Assembly (NCBI GenBank): GCA_050290185.1
Contig: JBNKHE010000007.1
Span: 64,001-128,000, forward strand
Source of the DNA: Pontiella sp.
Lineage (GTDB): Bacteria > Verrucomicrobiota > Kiritimatiellia > Kiritimatiellales > Pontiellaceae
Direction of reading: 5' to 3'
DNA length: 64,000 bases
The translations under genes and the position numbers were made by a program. Shown here piece after piece: positions 1 to 9,386 of this stretch. The notes below the pieces were generated by a model. It searched no databases. It worked only from the letters and a program-made list of their open reading frames with translations, and was not told the origin of the DNA. Each line of letters begins with the position of its first letter. Within the stretch, counting starts at the first letter, position 1.

Positions 1-19
1 CTACGGAAGGGAATGCGTA

Positions 20-1066
20 ATGAAAAAGGTTCTTTCAATATTTTTCGTACTCGCTTCCATCACGCTTTTTGCTCAAGGGCAGGAGCAATCGGGCATTGCC
101 GCAAAAATTACAGCCGCCAATGGCCGGCAATTTCCCGTTTTTTTGCAGGGCATGAAAGATGATGAAATTGTCTTTCAACTCTATAAGAGTACATCAAATA
201 AGGCGGTTCCGGCGCATCTGATTACTAATGTTGAGTTTGTTGGTCGCTTTGATGCTGATGGTATTGAACAGTTTTTTAGTACGGGTGACTATCAGGGCAT
301 GATCGATAAAATGAATGCGGATTTAAAGCCCTCCTTTGATGACTACTGGCAGTATATGTCGATAGACAACAACCTGCAGGATATCTATACCATGCTCATG
401 AAGGCTTATCTGAGGATGGGTAATGATGTCAAAGCGAGCGAGGCGGCTGCCATCCTGTTAAAGAACCCGGATGCCGGCGTCAAGGGGCAGGCCGAATCCA
501 TTGCAATAATAGCAGCTCTGGGCGAGGGCCGGGTTTCCGACGCGGAAGCTATGCTCGGTGAGATTAACTCTGCTCCTGGAAAACTCTATCTCGGTGCTTG
601 TGTTGAAAGAGCAAAGGGGTTGCCCAAGCAGGCCATTCAGCTTATTACGCAGTTGATCGCAGAATATGGCAACGATCTGGACTGGATGCCTCAGGCCGAG
701 CTGCTTAGTGCTCACCTATACGTGGATATGGGGATGACCAACTCTGCCATCAACACGGCGCGGCAGGTGAAGAATATCTATGCAAAATCGGACGTTGGCA
801 ATGAAGCTGCCAGATTCCAGGAAGAACTTGTTTTAGCGCAACAGAAAGCCGAAGAGGCGGCTAAAGCCAAGGCTGAAAAGGAAGAAGCCGATCGGGCTGC
901 AGTCAAGGCACGGGCCGCCGAACGAGCCAAAGGATATGGATTCAATGTCGATACGGAGTCGGAAGAAGCGAATTCGGTCGATCAGGAAGACGGTGGGACA
1001 GCGGACGGATCAGCGACAGGGGATCAGGAGGGTACTGAGGAATCTGCACCCGCTCCAGATGCCTAG
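20..1066 (+). CDS. Secreted helical-repeat (TPR-like) protein upstream of exbBD
   Basis: Signal peptide MKKVLSIFFVLASITLFAQ, helical repeats, acidic low-complexity tail; lies in front of exbB. Confidence 0.6.
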   Translation: MKKVLSIFFVLASITLFAQGQEQSGIAAKITAANGRQFPVFLQGMKDDEIVFQLYKSTSNKAVPAHLITNVEFVGRFDADGIEQFFSTGDYQGMIDKMNADLKPSFDDYWQYMSIDNNLQDIYTMLMKAYLRMGNDVKASEAAAILLKNPDAGVKGQAESIAIIAALGEGRVSDAEAMLGEINSAPGKLYLGACVERAKGLPKQAIQLITQLIAEYGNDLDWMPQAELLSAHLYVDMGMTNSAINTARQVKNIYAKSDVGNEAARFQEELVLAQQKAEEAAKAKAEKEEADRAAVKARAAERAKGYGFNVDTESEEANSVDQEDGGTADGSATGDQEGTEESAPAPDA

Positions 1067-1139
1067 GGTTGATTTAAGTCAGGCTTTTATTTAACCAGGT
1101 AGTTGAATTAATCTGAATAAGTAAACGGAGGAAACAGGA

Positions 1140-1922
1140 ATGAAGAAAAGAATCTTGATGATGATGCTGCTTTTCGCGGCAGGAGTGGTTCTGGCTCAGG
1201 ATGGAGGTACATTGGCGGTCGCGGCAGATGAGCCGGTCGAGAAGATTAGCCTCTGGGGCTTGATTAAGACTGGTGGTTGGGCTATGTGGCCGTTGGGCGG
1301 TTTCTCATTCTTTATGGTTGCTCTTGTGATCCAGAACTTCATTGCCTTGCGTCCTAAAACCCTCCTGCATACGGAAATGATGCCCGAGTTGCTTGACTAC
1401 ATGCTCAACGACAAGGTCAAGACCTCTCTCATCTACTGCCGCAAGCATCCATCCATGTTCACGAACACGTTCGGTGCCGGACTGGAACGTTGCCTTGATG
1501 TGGAAGGCACATATGATTTTAGTAAAGTGAAGGAGTCTGTGGAAGAAGCATCCGTGGAACAGCTTTCCAAGCTCATGAAGCCTATCGATTATCTTTCGAT
1601 CATTGGCGCCAGTGCTCCGATGCTTGGTCTCTTGGGTACGGTATCCGGTATGATCAAGGCCTTCCATACCATGGGTTCGCAGGGTATGGGTAATCCAGAC
1701 CAGCTTGCCGCCAATATTGGTGAGGCGCTTATTACTACCGCGACAGGTCTGATCATCGCTATTCCGGCCATGTTCTTCTTTTTCTTCTTCAAGAAGGGAT
1801 TTCAGAAGACCTTGGCGACGCTGGGTCGCAACGTGGGTTTCCTTTTTGATGCACTGGAAAGCGGCAAGACCCCGGCAGCTTACATGGATTTGGAAGCACT
1901 CGAGAAACTGGATCGCGATTAG
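1140..1922 (+). CDS. exbB: MotA/TolQ/ExbB proton channel protein
   Basis: Motifs APMLGLLGTVSGMI and ALITTATGLIIAIPA. Confidence 0.9.
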   Translation: MKKRILMMMLLFAAGVVLAQDGGTLAVAADEPVEKISLWGLIKTGGWAMWPLGGFSFFMVALVIQNFIALRPKTLLHTEMMPELLDYMLNDKVKTSLIYCRKHPSMFTNTFGAGLERCLDVEGTYDFSKVKESVEEASVEQLSKLMKPIDYLSIIGASAPMLGLLGTVSGMIKAFHTMGSQGMGNPDQLAANIGEALITTATGLIIAIPAMFFFFFFKKGFQKTLATLGRNVGFLFDALESGKTPAAYMDLEALEKLDRD

Positions 1923-1974
1923 TTTTCCGTACGGCCTTGCGAGGCATCCACGCTCTCAAGTATAGGATCTTATT

Positions 1975-2379
1975 ATGAAACTGGAATCCAAAGAACTCGG
2001 AGATGAGATAGAGATTGATATGTCGCCTATGATCGACATGGTCTTCCTTCTCTTGATCTTCTTCATTGTTGCTTCCCAGATTATTGATGAAAAACCGAAG
2101 ATTAACGTTCCTGCAGCGGCGGCAGCCTCCATTCCGGAAACGCTTGACAACCGGCTGATGATTACCGTGACGAAAGATGATGTGTTTTTCTTCCGGTTGC
2201 AGGAGGTTACGTTCGATGAGTTAACCATCAAGATTCAACAGGAGTTTGAAGCCAATTCTGATCTGCGTATCCTGATTCGCGCCGACGCAGAGGTGCCGTA
2301 TAAGACCAATGAAAAAATCATGATGGCGTGCGCAGAAGTAGGTGCTGTTGATATAATCTTTTCCGCAGTTGAGGAGTAG
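1975..2379 (+). CDS. exbD: ExbD/TolR biopolymer transporter
   Basis: PMIDMVFLLLIFF motif; IRAD motif. Confidence 0.9.
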   Translation: MKLESKELGDEIEIDMSPMIDMVFLLLIFFIVASQIIDEKPKINVPAAAAASIPETLDNRLMITVTKDDVFFFRLQEVTFDELTIKIQQEFEANSDLRILIRADAEVPYKTNEKIMMACAEVGAVDIIFSAVEE

Positions 2380-2386
2380 GAGACCC

Positions 2387-2824
2387 ATGGACCTTTCCAG
2401 TCAATATGAAGATGCAAAAATGGAACTGCAGATCGCTCCGTTGATCGACGTCGTGTTTCTTTTGCTGATTTACTTTATGGTAACGGCGCAGATTGTTCAG
2501 AAGGAAGGGGATATCCCCTTCATGTTGCCTGCCGACGTGCCGACGGTTGAAATGATTGACATCCCGGTTGAAGCGCGTATCCGCATCAACCCGGACGATT
2601 CCGTGATGCTTGAAGGCATGTCGTTCTCCTCATCAGATCGGAAGCTGGAGGGGTTGATCAACCAGATCGTTGGGCTTCGGAAAATGGCGGAAGCACAGCG
2701 GTCACCGTTCTTTGTTACGCTCGATCCGAATGAAGATACCCTGCACCGTCGGATTATCGACGTTATGGATGCATGCGCCGCGGCCAAGGTGAAGAACCTG
2801 ACCTTTGCGAAGAAGGGATCCTAG
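2387..2824 (+). CDS. exbD: ExbD/TolR biopolymer transporter (second copy)
   Basis: PLIDVVFLLLIYFMV; ATG at 2387 after AGGAG. Confidence 0.88.
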   Translation: MDLSSQYEDAKMELQIAPLIDVVFLLLIYFMVTAQIVQKEGDIPFMLPADVPTVEMIDIPVEARIRINPDDSVMLEGMSFSSSDRKLEGLINQIVGLRKMAEAQRSPFFVTLDPNEDTLHRRIIDVMDACAAAKVKNLTFAKKGS

Positions 2825-2850
2825 TTTTACTTATCAGATTCGTTTCCGAA

Positions 2851-2881
2851 GAGGGCCGTGCTTTTTGCGCGGCCTTTTTTT
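2851..2881 (+). terminator. Rho-independent terminator
   Basis: GGCCGTGC-TTTTT-GCGCGGCC followed by a T7 run. Confidence 0.8.
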
Positions 2882-2973
2882 CAGCTTTAAATTGTCGGAG
2901 CGGGATATATAATACATGGGTCATGTGAAGGAGAGGTATTAGCGGTAACGATCGTAATGAAAGGAGCTACGGT

Positions 2974-3402
2974 ATGAAATTTGCGGAATATCAGGATGTC
3001 AAATTAAAGAATCAGATTGCACCTTTGATCGATGTGGTCTTTCTTCTGTTGATTTATTTCATGGTTACGGCAACCCTCATCAAGAAGGAAGGCGATATTT
3101 CCTTTTCAATTCCTGTTTCGGGAGCGCCTATGACTGATTGGCCGGTGGAAGCCTATATTCAGATAGCCAACGATGGTGCTGTAACTCTAGAAGGCATGCA
3201 TTTCGACAGTTCCGATCGTGAATTACGCGACCTGGTGGGCCAAATTGCTTCGCTAAAGCAACTGGCCGATTCGCAGCAAACGGATTTCATCGTTACACTG
3301 GCTCCTTCGGATGACACGATGCATGGTCGTGTAATCGATGTCATGGATGCCTGCAGGGATGCCAAGGTCAGGCACTTGGCCTTTGCTCATAAAAATACAT
3401 GA
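2974..3402 (+). CDS. exbD: ExbD/TolR biopolymer transporter (third copy)
   Basis: QIAPLIDVVFLLLIYFMVTA identical to the second copy; IDVMDAC shared. Confidence 0.88.
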   Translation: MKFAEYQDVKLKNQIAPLIDVVFLLLIYFMVTATLIKKEGDISFSIPVSGAPMTDWPVEAYIQIANDGAVTLEGMHFDSSDRELRDLVGQIASLKQLADSQQTDFIVTLAPSDDTMHGRVIDVMDACRDAKVRHLAFAHKNT

Positions 3403-3422
3403 GGTGAACCATCGCAGTTTAT

Positions 3423-3451
3423 GGGGCCGTGTGTTTTCGCACGGCCTTTTT
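3423..3451 (+). terminator. Rho-independent terminator
   Basis: GGCCGTGTG-TTTT-CGCACGGCC followed by a T run. Confidence 0.8.
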
Positions 3452-3520
3452 GTTGGTTATGCTTCCAATGGTCCTTTTTTTACGTAAGATGCCTGATTCA
3501 ATTTCAACACAGGAAAACCA

Positions 3521-4327
3521 ATGAAGAAAACCAGGGTTGATCGCAAGTTCGCCGAGTTGGCAAAGCAGAAAAAAAAGGGGTTCATTGCCTATCTTTCAGC
3601 CGGGGATCCCAATCTGGCCGATACGGTCGACATTGTCCTGCGGTTGGAAGATGCTGGTGTGGACCTCGTGGAACTTGGCTTGCCTTTTTCAGATCCGTTG
3701 GCTGACGGGCGGGTAAACCAGGAGGCGGCCACCCGCGCGCTCGAAGCAGGCTCCACCTTTGACGGTGTTATGGAATGTGTCGCTAAAATCCGCGAACGCA
3801 GCCAGATTCCCATGATTTTCTATGCCTACATGAACCCATTGCTGTCGCGTGGATTCGAGCAATCCATGACCGCGGCCGCGCAGGCCGGAATTGATGGTTT
3901 TCTCCTGCTGGATCTGCCATTCGAGGAGGCCGGGCCATACAGGCAGTCGTTGAAGGATAATGAACTTAATGCCATTCAATTGGTAACACCAACGACGCCG
4001 GACGAGCGGATTGATAAAATCGTAAAGCGCGCAAGCGGCTTCATCTACTGTGTTTCACGCGAAGGTGTGACCGGAGTGCAGGATCATATTGCGGAAGGGG
4101 CGCAAGGCCTCGTGCAACGCATCAAAGATCGAAGCAGCCATCCGGTTGCGCTCGGTTTTGGTATCGGAACGCCGGAACAGGCGCGTGACGCTGCCATGCT
4201 GGCAGATGCGGTGGTCGTGGGGAGTGCCATCGTCAACCAATTCCACAACAATCCGCACACATCTGACGGCCGAGCCTCCGCCGCCGCCTTCGTCGCCGAT
4301 ATGGTTAAAGCCGTGAAGAGTGTATAG
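3521..4327 (+). CDS. trpA: Tryptophan synthase alpha chain
   Basis: ELGLPFSDPLADG and SREGVTG motifs. Confidence 0.96.
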   Translation: MKKTRVDRKFAELAKQKKKGFIAYLSAGDPNLADTVDIVLRLEDAGVDLVELGLPFSDPLADGRVNQEAATRALEAGSTFDGVMECVAKIRERSQIPMIFYAYMNPLLSRGFEQSMTAAAQAGIDGFLLLDLPFEEAGPYRQSLKDNELNAIQLVTPTTPDERIDKIVKRASGFIYCVSREGVTGVQDHIAEGAQGLVQRIKDRSSHPVALGFGIGTPEQARDAAMLADAVVVGSAIVNQFHNNPHTSDGRASAAAFVADMVKAVKSV

Positions 4328-4352
4328 ATCGAAATTTCAACGGAGCAGGGAT

Positions 4353-5435
4353 ATGGCAGGACGGTTTGCAGTCATTATGGCCGGAGGGAAAGGGGAGCGT
4401 TTTTGGCCCCTCAGCACATCCAAACGGCCCAAGCAACTGCTGGCACTGGTGGGTGACAAACCTTTGATTGCTCAGGCGGTCGAACGTCTGGACGGCTTGG
4501 TTCCTCCCGAAAATGTTTTTGTAGTCACCAATGCCGATCTCGTCGAGGCCACCCGGCAGGCCGCCCCGCTTATTCCTCCGGAAAATATCGTCGGCGAGCC
4601 GGTTGGACGCGATACCGCTGCGGCGGTTGCATGTGGCGGGGCACTCGTAAAAGCCCGCGATGAAAATGGAGTGTTTGCCGTTTTGACGGCCGATCAGGTC
4701 ATGGGCGATCTCGATGTCTTTTCTTCCACGCTTAAGGGCGGCATGGATCTGGCCGAACAGAACGACATTCTCGTAACCATTGGCATCAAGCCGACTCATC
4801 CCGCAACAGGTTTCGGCTACATAGAATCGGGCGAAGCATTTGATACCGCAGAAGGGGTCGAATTCCGCAAAGCCGATCGTTTCGTCGAAAAACCAGATGA
4901 AACCACCGCTGCTGAATACCTTTCCACCGGAAAGTTCTATTGGAACTCTGGCATGTTCATTTGGTCCATTCCCTCACTGGAAAAGGCATTCGCGAATCAT
5001 TGTGGGGAAATGTGCAGGCTGATGAATGAACTGACCGGCTATGCCGCAACCGGAAAGATCGTTGAAGGCATGGATGCGACCTATCCCTCGCTGGATAAAA
5101 TTTCCATCGACTATGCGCTGATGGAAAAGGCCGACAATATTATCATGGCCTGCGGCACCTTTGCCTGGGATGATGTGGGTTCCTGGCCCGCGTTGGAAAG
5201 CCACTTTCCTCAGGATGAAGCGGGCAATACAAAAATTGGTTCCGTTGAATCGCTGGATGCTTCCGGCAATATCATTATGTCCGAGGGACACCTGACTGCC
5301 GTCATTGGCGTCAGTGATCTCGTGGTCGTTCAGGCCGAAGGAGTTACCTTAGTCTGCCCGAAGGACCGCGCGCAGGACATCAAGAAGATGGTCATCGCGC
5401 TCCGGGATAAAGGTGGCTACACCAAACTACTGTAG
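4353..5435 (+). CDS. manC: Mannose-1-phosphate guanylyltransferase
   Basis: AGGKGERFWPLS, PKQLL, FVEKP, WNSGMF, WDDVGSW. Confidence 0.93.
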   Translation: MAGRFAVIMAGGKGERFWPLSTSKRPKQLLALVGDKPLIAQAVERLDGLVPPENVFVVTNADLVEATRQAAPLIPPENIVGEPVGRDTAAAVACGGALVKARDENGVFAVLTADQVMGDLDVFSSTLKGGMDLAEQNDILVTIGIKPTHPATGFGYIESGEAFDTAEGVEFRKADRFVEKPDETTAAEYLSTGKFYWNSGMFIWSIPSLEKAFANHCGEMCRLMNELTGYAATGKIVEGMDATYPSLDKISIDYALMEKADNIIMACGTFAWDDVGSWPALESHFPQDEAGNTKIGSVESLDASGNIIMSEGHLTAVIGVSDLVVVQAEGVTLVCPKDRAQDIKKMVIALRDKGGYTKLL

Positions 5436-5530
5436 GTGCGGGCCGGTATGGGCCCGCTGTGCAGATTAGGCACTCAAAAGCTATTGCCAAACCTTGCTGG
5501 TTTGGTATCTTCCTCGTCTTTCCCGCTCAT

Positions 5531-5615
5531 GCCGGAGTGGCGAAATTGGTAGACGCACGGGATTCAAAATCCCGCGACTTCGGTCATGTGGGTTCGAGTC
5601 CCACCTCCGGCACCA
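5531..5615 (+). tRNA. tRNA-Leu(CAA)
   Basis: GCCGGAG acceptor stem, CGGGA-TTCAAAA-TCCCG anticodon arm, long variable arm, GGTTCGAGTCC T-loop, 3' CCA. Confidence 0.95.
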
Positions 5616-5618
5616 GCT

Positions 5619-6770
5619 TTACTTCTCCGATCCAAGCCCGAAACGCTGGTATTCCTCGATGGCGTAGCGGTCGGTACAGCCGGCGACATAGTCGCATGCC
5701 GTGCGCCACAGTCCTTCTTGTTCGATGCGGGCGCGGGCTTTTTGTCCCATGGTTTCGGGATGCTCGATGTAGTGGAGGAAGAGTTTGCGCATCATGCCCA
5801 CCGATTCCCGCGTGGCGACGGCGACACCGTGGTGGAAGTAGAGGTTTTCGAACATGAAGGCTGAAAATTCGTCGAGTATCCGTTTCATGTCCGGGCTGAA
5901 GTCGACGACTCGCTGCGGTGCGGTCATGACCTCGCGGACGCTGTCAGGCTCCAGTTTATCCAGGGTTCCGAAGGCGTATTCGGTGACATCAAAAACCTGA
6001 AGTTCCAACATGCGGCGGATCGTGGCGCGCACGAACTGGTATTCGGAGAGGTTGGGATAGCGCTCTTGGGTGGCGGACGCCGCCATGCGCCAGAATTCCG
6101 TCGTTTCCAGTTGGGGCAACGTCACAATGCCGGCTTCGAGCCCGTCGTCGACATCGTGGGCATGATAGGTCATGTCGTCGGCGATGTCGGCGATCTGGGC
6201 TTCGATCGATTGGAGCGGGCCGATCGGATGGCCGTCCAGCGAGGCTCCTTCGATATGCGCTTCGTGCTTCAGCAAACCAGCGCGTACCTCCCAGCTCAGG
6301 TTCAAACCGCGGAAGCCGGGATAGGGCGATTCTATGACCTCGATGCACCGCAGGCTTTGCAGGTTGTGGTCGAATCCACCATGACCGGTCATCAGCGCGT
6401 CAAGGGCGTCTTCGCCGGCATGGCCAAACGGGCTGTGGCCGATGTCGTGCGCGAGGCAGATGCATTCGGTCAGGTCCTCGTTGGCTTTGAGGATGCGGGC
6501 CAGCGTACGGCCGACGGCCGACATTTCCATGGTATGGGTCAGGCGCGTGCGGTAGTGGTCGGCGGTGCCGTTCACGAAAACTTGCGTCTTGTATTCCAGC
6601 CGCCGGAAACAGCGGCTGTGGAAAATGCGGTCGCGGTCGCGCGCAAAGCACGAGCGCAGCGGATGCGGCGGTTCGTCGTGTTTGCGCCCGAAACTATTCG
6701 CGCTTTTGGTGGCAAAGGGGGCCAAATGGCTCTCTTCCGTCGATTCCCAGTCTTTTCTCGCATGCTTCAT
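5619..6770 (-). CDS. dgt: Deoxyguanosinetriphosphate triphosphohydrolase (HD family)
   Basis: RDRDRI, RRLEYKTQV, RTRLTH, HDIGHSPFGHAGE. Confidence 0.93.
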   Translation of the reverse strand: MKHARKDWESTEESHLAPFATKSANSFGRKHDEPPHPLRSCFARDRDRIFHSRCFRRLEYKTQVFVNGTADHYRTRLTHTMEMSAVGRTLARILKANEDLTECICLAHDIGHSPFGHAGEDALDALMTGHGGFDHNLQSLRCIEVIESPYPGFRGLNLSWEVRAGLLKHEAHIEGASLDGHPIGPLQSIEAQIADIADDMTYHAHDVDDGLEAGIVTLPQLETTEFWRMAASATQERYPNLSEYQFVRATIRRMLELQVFDVTEYAFGTLDKLEPDSVREVMTAPQRVVDFSPDMKRILDEFSAFMFENLYFHHGVAVATRESVGMMRKLFLHYIEHPETMGQKARARIEQEGLWRTACDYVAGCTDRYAIEEYQRFGLGSEK

Positions 6771-6823
6771 AGGGGATGGACTATAAGGTACGCCATTCAC
6801 GAGATCAAACCGGAGAAGTTCGA

Positions 6824-7360
6824 ATGTACGAAAAAACCCTTTCACGAAAGACGGTCTACGAAGGCCACATCATCAACGTGGATGTGCTGGATGTGGAGCT
6901 GGAAAACGGCAGGAAATCGATCCGCGAGATCGTGCAGCACGGCGTGGCCGTGGCGATCATTCCCCGGCTGGCCGATGGGCGCTTCGCCTTTATCCGACAG
7001 TTCCGCAAGCCGATGGAGCGGGTCTGCTTTGAAGTCTGTGCCGGCAATGTCGATCACGACGGCGAGCATGAGGCCGAAACCGCCATCCGCGAGCTGCAGG
7101 AGGAAACCGGCTACATCGCCGAATCGATGGAGTTGCTTGGGCCGATCTTCCCGAGCGTCGGCTACTGCACCGAACGCATCGACGTGTTCTACTGCGAGGT
7201 CACCGGCAAGGGCGAAACGTCGTTCGACGACGACGAGCGCATCGAAACCGTTATGGTCTCCGAGGCCGAGATGGACGAAATGATCCGCAACAACGAAATC
7301 GCCGATGCCAAGACCCTCGCCGCCTGGATGCTCTATAAATCCAAGAAAGTGAACGTGTAG
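6824..7360 (+). CDS. Nudix hydrolase (ADP-ribose pyrophosphatase-like)
   Basis: Nudix box AG...AIRELQEETG; DAKT C-terminal motif. Confidence 0.9.
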   Translation: MYEKTLSRKTVYEGHIINVDVLDVELENGRKSIREIVQHGVAVAIIPRLADGRFAFIRQFRKPMERVCFEVCAGNVDHDGEHEAETAIRELQEETGYIAESMELLGPIFPSVGYCTERIDVFYCEVTGKGETSFDDDERIETVMVSEAEMDEMIRNNEIADAKTLAAWMLYKSKKVNV

Positions 7361-7571
7361 GCACGAAGATTTAAACGTGCGTGAAAGTAACCCACCTTCA
7401 GCGCATATGTTCGGGAAAACAGCGATGCCCGAGCGAGAAACTGGTATAATTTGCCTGTAAAGATTCGGAATAAATGTCTCCCCGGTTTGTTGGGGAAATC
7501 GCCCAACTGCTTGATGGGCCATTATATATGGCACTTATAATGCTACGTTATGATCATTAACTGGGAGATAA

Positions 7572-7898
7572 ATGATGAAAACACGCGAACAAGCTGAAGA
7601 AATGGGAGTTGTGGAGCAGGATATGGAATGTGTCGGATTCCACGAACTGCTGGACTGGCAGATTATTCAATATCGCCAATCGGTGGATGAATACCGCAAG
7701 GAGCTTTCCCGAGAGCAGCATCGTTGCGTATCCTGGCAGGAAGCTGAACAGGAATTTTCAAAAATGGGCCTGAAGGACATGGGAGAACAATGGCGCGTTG
7801 AATATTGTGGACTCGTTTGCCCCGAAAGAAATAAGTGCCTGCTTGCCATGCAGTTTCTCAATGCCCGCCATACTGAACCGATGTACAAGGCCGGCTGA
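7572..7898 (+). CDS. Hypothetical protein with Cys cluster
   Basis: RBS GGGAG; YCGLVCPERNKC possible metal site. Confidence 0.6.
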   Translation: MMKTREQAEEMGVVEQDMECVGFHELLDWQIIQYRQSVDEYRKELSREQHRCVSWQEAEQEFSKMGLKDMGEQWRVEYCGLVCPERNKCLLAMQFLNARHTEPMYKAG

Positions 7899-8168
7899 AT
7901 ACATTGTTTCCACTCGATATAAAAGCGTCCCTATTTCCAAGTGGAGTTTCTTGGTTTCCAGATTTACTACCTGTCTCAGAGGTGTTGGAAAGTAGGCAGG
8001 TAATTTTTTGCCGAACGTTCCAAATCTATTAACGAAGGATGTTTATGCCGTAGTTCGTCGGCGGTCTCGTGTTCCTGATGGGAATTGACCTTGTATTTCT
8101 CACAATGCATGAAATAGGATTCCGCCCGTTGAAGAACTCGGTTATTGATAACGGAGAAAGGAAAAAAG

Positions 8169-8366
8169 ATGACTAAACTACTGATCATGGTGGCGTGGCT
8201 TGTTGCTAGTGTTCTGTCCGTCAATGCTCTGGATCGAAGTCTACGGGTCTACATTTTAGACTACGAAGTCAAACGCCCCCGCATCCTCAGGACCATCATC
8301 ATTGCGATGATCTGGTTAGCTGTCACTCTCGGCTGCCTTGTAGCAGTCGTCGGAGGAGAGCAGTAG
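8169..8366 (+). CDS. Small two-TM membrane protein
   Basis: Two hydrophobic segments; AAAGGA upstream; start uncertain (8145 or 8169). Confidence 0.5.
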   Translation: MTKLLIMVAWLVASVLSVNALDRSLRVYILDYEVKRPRILRTIIIAMIWLAVTLGCLVAVVGGEQ

Positions 8367-8437
8367 AAGGGCGGGCTCGAAAGCATAGGCAGCTTTCTTG
8401 ATATGGTCTGATGGATAGAGAACGATAAGCTGTCATA

Positions 8438-8470
8438 GGGCGTTCCGAGACTCGGGACGCCTTTTTATTT
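8438..8470 (+). terminator. Rho-independent terminator
   Basis: GGCGTTCCGAG-A-CTCGGGACGCC followed by a T-rich tail. Confidence 0.65.
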
Positions 8471-8535
8471 GTGGTTGCAGGAGCAGCGGTTTCGCGGCAT
8501 GCACTATTCACATCAGCCGGATATTCCCATACAGC

Positions 8536-8847
8536 TTATGCGGCAAACGAATCCACCCCGTGTTCCTTGGAAACGGACTCGCTGTCACGATAGGATTCCA
8601 GAAAACTGATGAGAGCGTTCAACGCGGCATCCGCATCCTGGCCATCCGCTGCCAGCTCCAGCATTTGGCCATGGGTAACGCCTAGGATTAGAATCTCGAA
8701 CAGGCTCCGTGCATCGGCACGATGATTATCGACGATAATCGTAATACTTGCATCGTACGCGCAAGCGATCCTTGCCATTTCGGCAGCAGGTCTCATGTGT
8801 AATCCAAGCCGGTTCTTTAGTTTTATCGTCCGATTCTTCCGTTTCAT
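8536..8847 (-). CDS. ptsH: Phosphocarrier protein HPr
   Basis: NRLGLHMRPAA (His15 site) and ADARSL (Ser46 site). Confidence 0.88.
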   Translation of the reverse strand: MKRKNRTIKLKNRLGLHMRPAAEMARIACAYDASITIIVDNHRADARSLFEILILGVTHGQMLELAADGQDADAALNALISFLESYRDSESVSKEHGVDSFAA

Positions 8848-9386
8848 TTTCTGCACCTTTCTCCACACAGGATTCCATACCATATTGCATCGGTTTCGGC
8901 TTACGTGTTGCCCCGGATACAAGACTGATAAAATGTGCATGTCTTAGGCCAATAAGAATGAAATAACATGCATTTTATAAAAAATATAAAAACACTGCTG
9001 TTTTTTCTGAAAAATTCCTTTGGGCAGAATGGATTGCAGAGTGTTTGCCCCGTGTATAATTTCAGTATTGAGAATCTTTTGCCTCATTCCTGTCGTCCGG
9101 ATGCGTTCGCACACCGTCTGGCGAGTGTCCCGGTTGCAGATGAGCGGTTCTGAGACGAAAGTTTAATGCGATACAAGTCCTCAACGGTAAGCTTAGTATC
9201 AACTTAGATTCAATACTTGCTCTCAAGTACGCTATCGCTGAACTGAAACGGCAAAGCTACGTGTCCCAATTCCTGCTCGGCAAGTCGGATAAACTTGTGG
9301 GGGGCTGCGATATTCTAGAGTTGTATGGACAGGAGTAGGATATGGATCTGCACGGTTGCTGGTTCATATTCATCCCCATCCATATT

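Noticed and set aside
1140..3402. ExbB/ExbD cluster as a Zorya-like defence motor
   Set aside because: ExbD-type motifs, no OmpA-like domain or long ZorA tail, no zorC/D/E
5531..5615. tRNA-Leu as an integration site
   Set aside because: No integrase nearby and no duplicated tRNA 3' end seen
5619..6770. dGTPase as an anti-phage gene
   Set aside because: Housekeeping-type size, host-like composition and core neighbourhood
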